A stretch of 56,767 nt of DNA. It comes from a virus (lineage: Duplodnaviria > Caudoviricetes). Below the pieces are notes generated by a model. It was given only the letters and a program-made list of their open reading frames with translations. It was not told where the DNA came from and searched no databases. The position numbers were made by a program, and so were the translations under genes. Location of the stretch: positions 1-56,767 of the IMG/VR virus record IMGVR_UViG_3300036717_000095; one strand, written 5' to 3'. Of the stretch, positions 8,503-17,968 are shown in pieces. Position 1 is the stretch's first letter. Each line of letters begins with the position of its first letter.

Positions 8503-11500
8503 TTAGCCTCTTTCCGTGAAGTGGCGACCGAAGATTGTGTACGTCAACAGCTCGTTCTTGACGGCTTCTGCCGGGAAGGAGATCTGGAGTTGGAGGTGAC
8601 GGCACAAAGCAGGCAATCCTCCTTGGGTGAGGTAGAACCAGTCTTCGTACAGAGACGAGGAAGGAGGCAGAACGGAAGCGTTGACGCTGGTGGGCAGACT
8701 TTCAAAGGTGCCGCTGATTTCATCCAGCAATACGCTGATGGAAGGGTGACTTCCCGCAGCGGAGCACTGGGTGTTAAAGAACGAGATTTCAGCCAGTTCA
8801 CCGGGTTGGGCCAACACAATGCTGCCGATAATGGCGTTCCAGGTGTAGGTAGAGCCATTGTCGGTGAAAGTATTGAGGCTTCTTTCAAGAATAGGACCAC
8901 TGGTAGTCGGACCTAGTAATAGCTTTTTCGTGCCAGGGGTAACCTCGACTGATTGGACGGCCTGAACTCCCCCCGTGATGGTGGCGAACGGGCTCCAAGT
9001 CGTTCCGGTCTCGGGCGCAGGCGTGGGGTCCATTCTGTACCAGCCCGTGGCACCGTCCGCAACGTAAAGAGCGGTGTCCTGAGACCCGCCGACATGCCAT
9101 GCGATATACGCGGAGGCTGGGTTGTAGTTGTTGTCGAACTGATCTCCGATCGGGAACCCTACTTCTGAGATTCCGGAACTCGGATCAAGAGCAAGAACGT
9201 GGCGATCATTCGACATCATGTAAAGAACAGTGCCATCGATGTCCAGGGCGTTGTAACTGGCGAGTCCGATGTTCGCCAGCAAAGGAACCGCGTAGAAGCT
9301 TGCGATGGTGGTTCCAGCGATCACATAAGTATCGGAGACAGTGAAGACGTACAGGCCGGAACTGCCGTTCGGCCAGAGCCTGGTTACTTGGCTGGGGAAG
9401 ACGAAGTTATCTGCAGGGCTGAAGCATTCGTTCGGGTTCCCGTTCAAAATATCAGGTCCTCCGGAACAATAGACGGTGTTGTCTACTGCTCCCCAGATTC
9501 TCTGTAGGTGGTATGTAGGAATGCTTAGACCGGCAGGAGGGGGAGTGTTGGTGCCAGTGGTGTCCGCCTCGATCAGCTCATTTAGAGTAGAAGTCGGAGA
9601 CGGAGGATCTGGCGAGGTGTCGAGGTAGCTCCATGAACCTCCATTCGCTGGCGCGGGAATGTCGGCCAGCCAGTAGAGGGTTCCACCCGTTGTTAAAGGG
9701 GTAGTAGAGGTGGAGGCATTTCCTTGGACCGTTCTGTAAATCTCGATCGTGTCTACTTGGGGATCGGAACTGCCAGCACCTGAAACGGTGATGTAATTCT
9801 CAGCCTTTCTAAGGATAGCCGCCGTCATAGGGGAGGCGGTACTTACGTTACTTGTAACACTGTTCTTGAAGGCATAGGCGTATCCCCATCCCCCAGTGTT
9901 AGCTGCCGCTGCTGATCCAGTGTTCAACCAGAGGATTTGACTCGGGGTGGTTCCGTCTACAGTGTAGTCACCTTGGGCCATCCAACTGGGGGCAGTTCCC
10001 CCGGACAAACCTCCGATAGAAACCTGTTCGTTGTTAAAGTTCGAATCGATGACAGTCGAAAGGTTGGATACTAGAATAGAGTCCCCGATGTTGCTCTCGG
10101 TAGTAGTGCCTGCTGCTCTGGTTGTTACGTTCCCTGAGTTGAACCAGGTTACAGTCCCATCCTGGACGAATCCGCTGTTCCAGAGGATAGAATGAGTTGC
10201 CGCGCTCGATGACGTTCCAGGGGTCGTGCAAGTAAAGAAGCATGAGTAGGGACCCTGTGTCTCAACGATTTTAGAAGGCGGTGGGATAGGATTCTTTACA
10301 AGCGTAGTGATGTAATAAGTTACAGCGATGCTCGCCCCTACCGCATAGACGGTGCTGGGTACTCTAGTTTCTGAGTTTTGATAAGTCCAAACGGCTGACC
10401 CATCATTCGTTGTGCTGGTTGTCCAAGAGGGTGTTCCTCCTCCCGTTGTACCAGGAGTAGTCAATAATTGAAGGTTGTTGGCACTGTCTACAACAGTCTG
10501 ACTCGGCCAGTAGTAAGTGTTTGCCGCCCAAGCATTCGTCAAAGAGACCGGCGTGTTCGCGACCTGAGGCGCATTTGTCGGCCCTACGATCCCCCAATTC
10601 TGGACTGAGGGGCCATGGCATTGCCAGATGTTGCCTCGGATAGAGTCTTCAATCGTCAGTCCGCCTGTGGTTTCGTTCCAGGTAGGTGCGGTGACATAGC
10701 TCCTGCCTTCGTTTGCGTTTGTGATGACAACCGGAGTGGCGCTTCCTTCCGTGGTGGTAAGATAATCCGGATGATTTGCGGAAGCGAGAATGACGTTCGA
10801 TAGAGCGAAATTGGTAACTGTGTAGGTGTTGTTGTTTAACCAGGTCTGAACATTCATATCGCGGAACGATATTTGGTCGCCCGGTATGAGACCTGCAACG
10901 TCGGCACAAGTGACTGTGAGAACATTAGAGAACACGGAAGTGGAGGTGACTTTGATTCCATATCCCTGCATGACTTGCAGATTGTTATCAGGATCTAGAA
11001 TTACCGTTCCCGTTTGATACAAGGTTAAAGCGGTCCATGCCTGAAACCAATCCCACTGAAGAAGATCTACCCCGTCACCCATGTAGAGGGAGTTACCAAC
11101 ACTCTGCATGTACCCTTGACCGGACCCTGCGGACTTCGGAAAGATCACCTGCTGAGTCGAAGGCCCGGTGGCGTTATAGATGTTAGAAGCCGTGTCCGCC
11201 ATGACGTAGATGTTTTCAGAGTCTGAGGTGAAGGTCCGAAACTCGTAGAAAGCATCGATCGCGGGAAAGGTTGCGCTGTTGTAGACGGTGTGACCAGGCC
11301 GTCTCTGTAATGTCAGACGATTGGACAGCTCGCAGTTCGAACCACCGTACAGAGACTCGAATCTCGTGCCGGAATAGAACTTCTCGTAGAGATAGGGGGT
11401 CGCCGCGTCCCGGAGAGGACTGCGTTGGGTCCACAATCCCGTGATCCACCGGTTGGTGAAGATCGGGACATATTTCGGGGGCTTGGACATCTGCCCCCCG

Positions 11501-11523
11501 GCTTGCTGGATGGGGCTAGTCAT
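8503..11523 (-). CDS. tail nozzle/tubular protein B-like (stabilization protein), 1006 aa, with inserted repeat modules
   Basis: LTLQRRPGH N-terminal motif, beta-propeller-like C-half (YHLQRIWGA..N.VY.S), C-terminal CRHLQLQISF; GYAYAFKN..T..VST.SP and IEIYRT segments. Confidence 0.7.
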   Translation of the reverse strand: MTSPIQQAGGQMSKPPKYVPIFTNRWITGLWTQRSPLRDAATPYLYEKFYSGTRFESLYGGSNCELSNRLTLQRRPGHTVYNSATFPAIDAFYEFRTFTSDSENIYVMADTASNIYNATGPSTQQVIFPKSAGSGQGYMQSVGNSLYMGDGVDLLQWDWFQAWTALTLYQTGTVILDPDNNLQVMQGYGIKVTSTSVFSNVLTVTCADVAGLIPGDQISFRDMNVQTWLNNNTYTVTNFALSNVILASANHPDYLTTTEGSATPVVITNANEGRSYVTAPTWNETTGGLTIEDSIRGNIWQCHGPSVQNWGIVGPTNAPQVANTPVSLTNAWAANTYYWPSQTVVDSANNLQLLTTPGTTGGGTPSWTTSTTNDGSAVWTYQNSETRVPSTVYAVGASIAVTYYITTLVKNPIPPPSKIVETQGPYSCFFTCTTPGTSSSAATHSILWNSGFVQDGTVTWFNSGNVTTRAAGTTTESNIGDSILVSNLSTVIDSNFNNEQVSIGGLSGGTAPSWMAQGDYTVDGTTPSQILWLNTGSAAAANTGGWGYAYAFKNSVTSNVSTASPMTAAILRKAENYITVSGAGSSDPQVDTIEIYRTVQGNASTSTTPLTTGGTLYWLADIPAPANGGSWSYLDTSPDPPSPTSTLNELIEADTTGTNTPPPAGLSIPTYHLQRIWGAVDNTVYCSGGPDILNGNPNECFSPADNFVFPSQVTRLWPNGSSGLYVFTVSDTYVIAGTTIASFYAVPLLANIGLASYNALDIDGTVLYMMSNDRHVLALDPSSGISEVGFPIGDQFDNNYNPASAYIAWHVGGSQDTALYVADGATGWYRMDPTPAPETGTTWSPFATITGGVQAVQSVEVTPGTKKLLLGPTTSGPILERSLNTFTDNGSTYTWNAIIGSIVLAQPGELAEISFFNTQCSAAGSHPSISVLLDEISGTFESLPTSVNASVLPPSSSLYEDWFYLTQGGLPALCRHLQLQISFPAEAVKNELLTYTIFGRHFTERG

Positions 11524-11755
11524 TTATTGCGACCGGTGTAATTCTGGTGAGGGGAACGGAACCTCCATAGAACTGCCGAAGATTGTCTACAGATACTACG
11601 GCGGGCGGCAGGGGGCCGCGAAGGAAGATACTCCGTCCAACACTGATCGGCGCGGGCGCGGGCATGGGATGCACGGCGTTATGAGGATCAACCGGTTGGA
11701 ATCGATTGGGATCGATTTTGGCGGCGGCATCTACCGCTTGAGCAATGGTGGACAT
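11516..11755 (-). CDS. hypothetical virion protein (79 aa)
   Basis: ATG at 11755 overlaps the upstream stop (TAATG); stop overlaps the next start. Confidence 0.6.
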   Translation of the reverse strand: MSTIAQAVDAAAKIDPNRFQPVDPHNAVHPMPAPAPISVGRSIFLRGPLPPAVVSVDNLRQFYGGSVPLTRITPVAIND

Positions 11756-12813
11756 TAGTAGGGGTAAATGCTGTACGGCCAACCAGGACCGATGGGTAGC
11801 CCGTTGTAAACAGGGGAGCTACCGTTCATGATGCTCTCTGAGGGATACATCACTGCATCCTCTCGTTCGCGATCGGCGGATCTCACCGCAACCATTAGAT
11901 CCTCTTCCCACTTCTGGAAAGACTCGGCAAAGAGTTTCGAACCGGCATGTTCGTAACACATCGCCTTAAAACCTTGGCGAAACAAATAAGCGAATTCATC
12001 AGGGATCGGAGCGAGGGTCTGTTGCAGAGAAGTAATTGTCGGTGGTTTCTTTTGATAAATGGGTTCCATCAACCAGGCTAAACTTGACAAAGCAGGTAGA
12101 GGTGCAATTCGAATCGCATACCCGTTCGGGTTGGCAACGGTCCAGGTTACGGTACCATCGGTGACCGTGGTTCCAGCAGGAGAATTGGCTGTAAGAAGAG
12201 GCTGGGTACTTCCTGAAATACCGTATGGATTGGGTGTCGGAAGTACGACCGGTTGTCCGGTAAAGCCGGGGCTATTGATATTGAGACCTAGTACGGTCGA
12301 ATTGATGTACAGAAGGTTCCCATTTGCGTCTTGAAACTGCTGAATGGGGGTAATAGGGATTTGTGCCTGACCGTAGCCACAACCGTAAGCCGTAAGTGGA
12401 TACCATTGCCCCAGATACGCCAAAGAATTCGGGACGAACGAACAGTTAAACGGATAACCCTGGTAAGACGTGCGTCCGAGATCCCGGACAGACTCCATGG
12501 TCCACACAGGCTTGGGAGCGAGGTTTCCGTTGTTGGTCGAGTTATTGATGTCGATGCGATCGCAAGACTCCAACCAGCCCATGTCGGTAACTTGGGTCAG
12601 ATAATCCTGTTGGAGAGCCACACTGAGAATGTCCGGAACGTAAGCCCGGTTCCACTTCCAGTCCATCCCCTCGGCAAGGATTCTTTGGAGAACGTCATTC
12701 GCGATCGTCAAGGCCGGTTCCTGCGTCCATCCGCCTGCAGGAAGTTGAGGACTCAACTCCGCATAAGCTCGGGTGCTTCGGACGACTTGTTGAACTGTTA
12801 TAGTGCTGGCGAT
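11755..12813 (-). CDS. head-tail adaptor/tail tubular protein A-like (paralogue 2), probable ATC start
   Basis: DWKWNR...QQDY, IRIAPLP, PIPDEFAYLFRQGF; frame open upstream to IASTITVQQVV; similar to 13057-13788. Confidence 0.65.
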   Translation of the reverse strand: MASTITVQQVVRSTRAYAELSPQLPAGGWTQEPALTIANDVLQRILAEGMDWKWNRAYVPDILSVALQQDYLTQVTDMGWLESCDRIDINNSTNNGNLAPKPVWTMESVRDLGRTSYQGYPFNCSFVPNSLAYLGQWYPLTAYGCGYGQAQIPITPIQQFQDANGNLLYINSTVLGLNINSPGFTGQPVVLPTPNPYGISGSTQPLLTANSPAGTTVTDGTVTWTVANPNGYAIRIAPLPALSSLAWLMEPIYQKKPPTITSLQQTLAPIPDEFAYLFRQGFKAMCYEHAGSKLFAESFQKWEEDLMVAVRSADREREDAVMYPSESIMNGSSPVYNGLPIGPGWPYSIYPY

Positions 12814-12871
12814 GATGCACCCCGGCTAGAGCAATGGTGTAGAATTCCACGGATATGAAGCAGATACCCCA

Positions 12872-13057
12872 CTAGAAGCCCCCTGCTTTCCCTGCTTTTT
12901 GTACGATCGGTTGGTAGGTCCAACCAAAGTATAGCCAGCCCCCTTCGACAATCGGTTCACTCGCCATGGTCTTCCAGTCGCCCGGATGTAAGGCATCGAT
13001 GGAAGAAGTATGGACTAGAGTTCCGTCATCCTTGTAGAGCTGAAGTTCGAGTCTCAT
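12872..13057 (-). CDS. hypothetical protein (61 aa)
   Basis: TAATG coupling to the upstream adaptor gene. Confidence 0.55.
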   Translation of the reverse strand: MRLELQLYKDDGTLVHTSSIDALHPGDWKTMASEPIVEGGWLYFGWTYQPIVQKAGKAGGF

Positions 13058-13788
13058 TACTGTCCGAGAAACCTTCCCTGGGTAGCATTCTGCGAGGTCT
13101 GCAACATGTTGTTCTGCTCCCTCTGCAGATCAATTCGCTGACCGAGGAACAGATTGACTTGGGTCTGGTCCAGACCGCCGTTGGCGGCTACCAGTTGTTT
13201 CACAAACAAAGACATGGTGCTGCCGAACCGTTCATCCACAAAGTATTCGTAGCTTTTAGCCATGAAGCCTTGCATGTACAAGTACGAAAGGTAGTCTGGG
13301 AGGGGAGACCAAGTGTCGGTTAGATTGGCGAAATTCGGAGGAGCGTTCTGGCTGGTGATCGTGACCGTGTAGACCTTATCAGGCACGGGTGAAAGACGGA
13401 AAGTGATAGAGCCTGCGTTGTTGTCGAGTTCCGGTGCCAGAAACACAGGCTGATTTTGAGTCGCTTCGATCCCGAGATCCATTTGTACAGCCAGCTCGGT
13501 AGTCAATGCCGGTGACACTGTGTTGTCGGTAAGAGTAGCTTTCTCGATCCAACCGAAGTTCGAAATCGATTCTGCGTAGTCTTGCGTCCCGGCTGTCGTG
13601 GTGAAGGTGTTGACCTGGCGATTCCATCTCCACGCAAAAGGTGGAGACAAAATAAACTGCCGCACCCAATCCCCGGCAAGATAAGCCAGGTCATTGGGTG
13701 CGGACAGCGCGGGAAAGGTCAACGGTGCTTGCCGAATGTAGGTTTGAGCCACATTCAGAATGCGCCCTAGAGTGTTGGTGACAGCCAA
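13057..13788 (-). CDS. head-tail adaptor/tail tubular protein A-like (paralogue 1)
   Basis: PPFAWRWNR....FTT.AGTQDY, ITFRLSPVPDKVYTV, SPLPDYLSYLY; TTG start with SD AAGGAG. Confidence 0.7.
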   Translation of the reverse strand: MAVTNTLGRILNVAQTYIRQAPLTFPALSAPNDLAYLAGDWVRQFILSPPFAWRWNRQVNTFTTTAGTQDYAESISNFGWIEKATLTDNTVSPALTTELAVQMDLGIEATQNQPVFLAPELDNNAGSITFRLSPVPDKVYTVTITSQNAPPNFANLTDTWSPLPDYLSYLYMQGFMAKSYEYFVDERFGSTMSLFVKQLVAANGGLDQTQVNLFLGQRIDLQREQNNMLQTSQNATQGRFLGQ

Positions 13789-13799
13789 GAATTACTCCT

Positions 13800-14297
13800 T
13801 TATCGAGCGGCCATTGCTTTGACGGGATCGCGGAAGACCCTCTGACCGGCCCGCGACATGCGGTTGGCGTTCTTGTGTTTGAACCACTTTAACTCTTCCG
13901 GGTCCTCGGAGTTCGACCAGATGGTCTTCTGGCAGTTGGTGCAAATTCCAACCACTACACCCGTGTCAAGCTGATGGAGGACAAAAGAGCCCATCTGCCC
14001 TTGATATTCACTCAGAGCGTTCGAGCCTTGAAGGTGGGCGCAGTAGGCGCGGCTTGCTTCGATTTCCGCCTGCATTCGCTCTTGAGCGATACGGAACGAA
14101 TCCCTCATCATATCCTCGTTCTCTTTCACACGAGGATCAACGTAAGGCTTGCGGGATTCGAGAATGGCGTTGGCGAAGGTCTGTCCGGACTGCTTCACCG
14201 CCTCCGATACCGAGGCGGCGATGAGGGCTTGAAGTTCTTCGAGCCCAAGGGTAAGTGTTTTTTTCTTTGGTTCTACTACTTGTTCATTGTCAGGCAT
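13800..14297 (-). CDS. hypothetical protein with CAH...CTNC putative Zn site
   Basis: SD GGGAG; C-x-H and CxxC motifs. Confidence 0.65.
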   Translation of the reverse strand: MPDNEQVVEPKKKTLTLGLEELQALIAASVSEAVKQSGQTFANAILESRKPYVDPRVKENEDMMRDSFRIAQERMQAEIEASRAYCAHLQGSNALSEYQGQMGSFVLHQLDTGVVVGICTNCQKTIWSNSEDPEELKWFKHKNANRMSRAGQRVFRDPVKAMAAR

Positions 14298-14338
14298 AAC
14301 TTTCTCCCTGCGAAAATCCGTTCGCTGCGGTTATTGGG

Positions 14339-14995
14339 TTACAAACTGTTTCTGAACTCGTATAACTTCCGGTTATAGCGGGCGGAAGCTTTCCCCTCGG
14401 CAGGGCCGAACACCTTGTTGGCCATCTCTTCCGTCAGCATCTTCGCCTTGATAAGACGAAGCAGGACGGTTCTCCAGCCCCGTTGTTTCTCCCGGACGGC
14501 TACATTTCTGTCATTGAATTCGTACTGACTGAATTCCGGAAGGATTCCTGTGGGGATGTAAAAGAGGTATTCGAAGGTTTTTCCATCGAGCGACGGTTGG
14601 GGGGTTCCGTAAGTCTTGAAGACAGCCAGATCCCCTATGATCCTGCCTTGGGTGATGTACAGGTTTGGGATCAGTTCACGAAGAGTGAACACGAGGTCAT
14701 TACTGAGCAAAGGCTTCCCTACCCTCGCTGCGTCATCATAGAGTTCTTCCTGATGATCCCAGCGTTGACTTTGGGAAGCGTTGTAGTTCATTTCTTTCTG
14801 GCGGGCGATGTGCTCTTCGGTACTTAATCTTTCGGCTGTCTGGCAAAGAGCACAAAGATGCTTCCGACCGTCACGGGAGGAGGAGTCTTTGTCGAAATAC
14901 TTATAGGCAAGGACGCGGTAACAACCGATACATTCCTTGCCTAGAAGTTCAGGACTCTCCATGACCATGCGGTCGATCTCATTGAATTCACTCAT
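14339..14995 (-). CDS. hypothetical protein with N-terminal Zn ribbon
   Basis: KECIGC...YFDKDSSSRDGRKHLCALC motif; SD GGGGA. Confidence 0.65.
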   Translation of the reverse strand: MSEFNEIDRMVMESPELLGKECIGCYRVLAYKYFDKDSSSRDGRKHLCALCQTAERLSTEEHIARQKEMNYNASQSQRWDHQEELYDDAARVGKPLLSNDLVFTLRELIPNLYITQGRIIGDLAVFKTYGTPQPSLDGKTFEYLFYIPTGILPEFSQYEFNDRNVAVREKQRGWRTVLLRLIKAKMLTEEMANKVFGPAEGKASARYNRKLYEFRNSL

Positions 14996-15024
14996 ACAGG
15001 TCCCCTTTCGCGGGAAGTTCAGAG

Positions 15025-15696
15025 TTACAGTTGACTTAGGCTGAATTCAGAAACGGCGATAACACCACCAGCGGCGTTGCCCCAGTTCGACACCCCGATG
15101 AAGTTCAATCCCGACAACGCAACGCTTGTGATGGCGTTCGAGTTAGCCTGCCAAACGTGGTAGGAAGGCGTTCCGAAGTTGACACCCCACCAAAATTGGC
15201 CGTACAACTGTTGCGAAGTAGAGTCCCAGAAACACTGGCTTTCGAGGACGAAACTCGCAGCAGTGGTCGAAGATTCGCTGCCGGTTAGAGCACCGGTAGT
15301 AGCGATCGCTGTGCCACCGCTAACAGTGGTGCCGCAGTAAATGGCGAGAGTGATCGAGTTTCCCGCGTTGCTTGCTGGGGTAAGAACACCACAGAGACGA
15401 AGCAAGAAAGGGCGACCGCTATCGAACGTCTTCGCGCTATGACTCGGGGCCGGAGCGTTGATAGGAATGCCCTGGCGACCGGTTCGATAACTTAAAGCCG
15501 CGTTGGTGTTCGGGTCTTGCGGGAAAGTGGAACCAGAGATATAGTTACCCTGCGGGATTGTTAGAACCGCAGGAACTCCGGTACCACTATCGGTGTTGGA
15601 CAAGAACGCAGTGGCACCAGTTGCAGCCAGGGTCTGAGATGCAATTTGGTTACGAAGAGTTCCGCCTTGGAAGCTAGCAATTGTGTTGAAATTCAT
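15025..15696 (-). CDS. beta-rich virion structural protein (decoration-like), paralogue of 41337-41942
   Basis: Gly/Thr/Ser/Ala-rich; GRPFLLRL and CFWDSTSQQLYG match RPFRVRV and CLWDSQSKALTG of the paralogue. Confidence 0.55.
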   Translation of the reverse strand: MNFNTIASFQGGTLRNQIASQTLAATGATAFLSNTDSGTGVPAVLTIPQGNYISGSTFPQDPNTNAALSYRTGRQGIPINAPAPSHSAKTFDSGRPFLLRLCGVLTPASNAGNSITLAIYCGTTVSGGTAIATTGALTGSESSTTAASFVLESQCFWDSTSQQLYGQFWWGVNFGTPSYHVWQANSNAITSVALSGLNFIGVSNWGNAAGGVIAVSEFSLSQL

Positions 15697-15721
15697 GGAT
15701 TGTCCTTTGGAGTGACGTTAA

Positions 15722-16345
15722 CTAAGTCAAGTTTTCGCCAACTTGGGTGGTCGGCTTCTTTCGTGCTTTGAAGATGGGTTCGGCATCAAGCTTGCCGTTT
15801 CCTACATAAATCGCACAGACCCCGCCAGGTTCCACCAAGGTGTAATCGTGGTTGCCCGACAGCATGGTGCCGATCTCGTGAATCACGCTGGAGTGCGCGA
15901 CCAGTAGCAGTGGAATTCCAATCTCCTCCCCCTTGTCGATCGCCTGGGCAAGAATAGGACGGACGCGATTCCGGAACTCATTCAAGGATTCCCCACCGGG
16001 AAACGGTAGGTCGGGATTCTGTACGTGATGCTCCACGATCGCCAGATTGTCCTCATCCTTTGGCTTCCCGCCAAGATCCCCGACATTCCATGCCCGGAGT
16101 TCTTCGTTCGGGAAAATGTCCATAAGTTTGCGATCGCCGATCGTCTTGGCGGTTTCTCGGGTTCTCTTTTTGTCGGAATGAATGATGTAGGAAAGATCGA
16201 CGGGCTCGAAGTAATGCGCGAGTTGATGCGCGTCCCTTACTCCGGACTTATCTAGAGGCGCGTCGATCGGTCCACGGAAAGCGTCCCTCTTATTCAAGTC
16301 AGTCACTCCGTGGCGGGCTACAAAAACCAGAACTTGCTTTTCCAT
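15722..16345 (-). CDS. histidine phosphatase (phosphoglycerate mutase-like family)
   Basis: VFVARHG.T..N, SD..R.RETA, LRAWNVG.L.G, PGGESLNEF..RV, LLVAHS. Confidence 0.9.
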   Translation of the reverse strand: MEKQVLVFVARHGVTDLNKRDAFRGPIDAPLDKSGVRDAHQLAHYFEPVDLSYIIHSDKKRTRETAKTIGDRKLMDIFPNEELRAWNVGDLGGKPKDEDNLAIVEHHVQNPDLPFPGGESLNEFRNRVRPILAQAIDKGEEIGIPLLLVAHSSVIHEIGTMLSGNHDYTLVEPGGVCAIYVGNGKLDAEPIFKARKKPTTQVGENLT

Positions 16346-16746
16346 TAGTCGCCAACTAGAGCGTCGTCACCAAGAGCATTAGGGTTTCGGATGATAGGAG
16401 TGGCGTTCTCGATCACAGCGTCCTGCCACAAACTGGAGGTGGTGACGCTTGCGGAGGGAGCACCGGGAAACTCATCCTCGATGGCGGCTTCCACTACTGC
16501 CTGCACATCGTTACTGGCGGTTTTTTCCTGCTGGATTTCAGCAACGAAACCCGCAAGCTCGGGATGACCGGCCTGGGGGTGTTTGCCATCGAGCAGAAAC
16601 TGAACAGCCGCTTTTCGCCAATCGCGGTTGGCGGCTTCATTGCGGGCGAGATCCAACAGGATCTGTGCGGGAAGGTGGCCGATCTGTTCGGCACGTTGAT
16701 CGTATAGGCGTTGGGCGTTCGCCCTTTTCGCTTGTGATTCGTCCAT
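16345..16746 (-). CDS. hypothetical protein (133 aa)
   Basis: Start moved to ATG 16746 (MDESQ, SD GAGG); the longer ORF-track version runs through a terminator. Confidence 0.6.
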   Translation of the reverse strand: MDESQAKRANAQRLYDQRAEQIGHLPAQILLDLARNEAANRDWRKAAVQFLLDGKHPQAGHPELAGFVAEIQQEKTASNDVQAVVEAAIEDEFPGAPSASVTTSSLWQDAVIENATPIIRNPNALGDDALVGD

Positions 16747-16782
16747 TGCAGCCTCGATTGAAATGGTTTCAAAAAATCGTTC

Positions 16783-16822
16783 AGGAAAGAAAGTAGGGAG
16801 CGAACTGGTCAGGCCCACTCCC
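16783..16822 (-). terminator. intrinsic terminator downstream of the major capsid gene
   Basis: Minus strand GGGAGTGGGC-loop-GTTCGCTCCC followed by TACTTTCTTT. Confidence 0.6.
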
Positions 16823-16956
16823 AACTTCTCGTCAATCCGGACTACGACGACCAATCGCAATCTTTCATGAGCCCCGGCGTAGGGTTGTCGATGTGAACGC
16901 GCCGTACCGGTCTTATTACAGTGCGGAGATTAGGATCACTATTCTCCGCACCTTGG

Positions 16957-17943
16957 TTAGCTGGAGCTGGTTTCCGACTGGAAGCGCCGGATCGTCATGG
17001 TAGAGCCAGGACGAAGGGTGTTGGTGTAGCGAACGTTGTAGCTTACCCATCCGCCGATCTGGCGTGCGGGGTCCGAAACGCTACCCTGAGAAGGTGCTTC
17101 CTGCACCATGAGGCGGTAGTTCTTCTCACCGCTCTCGGGGTTCTTGCCGAGGAAAACGGAGAAAAGAGCGTCATCAGCGTACAGGTACGTGTTGTAGTAC
17201 GTGTTGGAGCTGATGGTTACCGAGGGGGCAGTGGTGGTTTGTTTGAAGCGAACGCCTGCGTACTCGAAAGTGTCGTCATTCGCCAATGGGGCGAACAGCT
17301 TCTCTGCCATTCCAGCGTTGCGCTTCATGATGTCCGTGATACCGTTAAAACTGGTGTCATTGAAGACATCGTGAACCACGTTGGGGTGGATGATCCCACC
17401 CATGTATCCGTCCTTGGTAAGAGGACGAGCGTTGATGCCGGAGAGCTGCTGCACGCCAGTGCGAATGTTGTTCGCAGTGAGGTACGATCCGTTCGCCAAC
17501 TGAATGTTGACGCTCGAATCCACGCCGGTCGCAGCGTCCGTAGTCAACTGGACAAGCGAATTGAGCGTGAGAGCCAGACGATAGTTCAGCTCGGTAGAGA
17601 GGTTCTGGAGCAGCGAGGGATCGTCAATCGCTACATCCATTGCCAGGTCGGACGAGTTGATAAAGTCCGCGTACTGTCCGATCGTTGCCACAATCTTCGT
17701 GGACGATTCGGAGATAGGAGACCCAACCGTGCCTTCTGCAGCCTGGTTGGTGTTGCCTGCCAGGAGTGCATAGGTGAAGAATTGGATCTGGTTGCCCGAG
17801 TGCATGGGAAGCGGTTTTTGCTTCGTCATGCTCAGGAAAGGAGTTTGCGCCTTCAGATTTGGAATCGCCTGCCGCTCGTAGTAGATGGCTACAAGGTTCG
17901 GCAACGCACCTGAAGTAAGGATGCTAGCCGGTGAATAGGCCAT
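16957..17943 (-). CDS. major capsid protein (HK97 fold, N4-gp56-like family)
   Basis: KPLPMHSGNQIQF..Y, AEGTVG, ATIGQYADFI..SD, Y.GIIHP.V..D, SDP..QIGGWVSY; follows scaffold and portal. Confidence 0.9.
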   Translation of the reverse strand: MAYSPASILTSGALPNLVAIYYERQAIPNLKAQTPFLSMTKQKPLPMHSGNQIQFFTYALLAGNTNQAAEGTVGSPISESSTKIVATIGQYADFINSSDLAMDVAIDDPSLLQNLSTELNYRLALTLNSLVQLTTDAATGVDSSVNIQLANGSYLTANNIRTGVQQLSGINARPLTKDGYMGGIIHPNVVHDVFNDTSFNGITDIMKRNAGMAEKLFAPLANDDTFEYAGVRFKQTTTAPSVTISSNTYYNTYLYADDALFSVFLGKNPESGEKNYRLMVQEAPSQGSVSDPARQIGGWVSYNVRYTNTLRPGSTMTIRRFQSETSSS

Positions 17944-17968
17944 TCTGTCTTACCTCTTGTTGGGTTAC

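Noticed and set aside
16921-17913. 330-aa + strand ORF
   Set aside because: Antisense shadow of the major capsid gene
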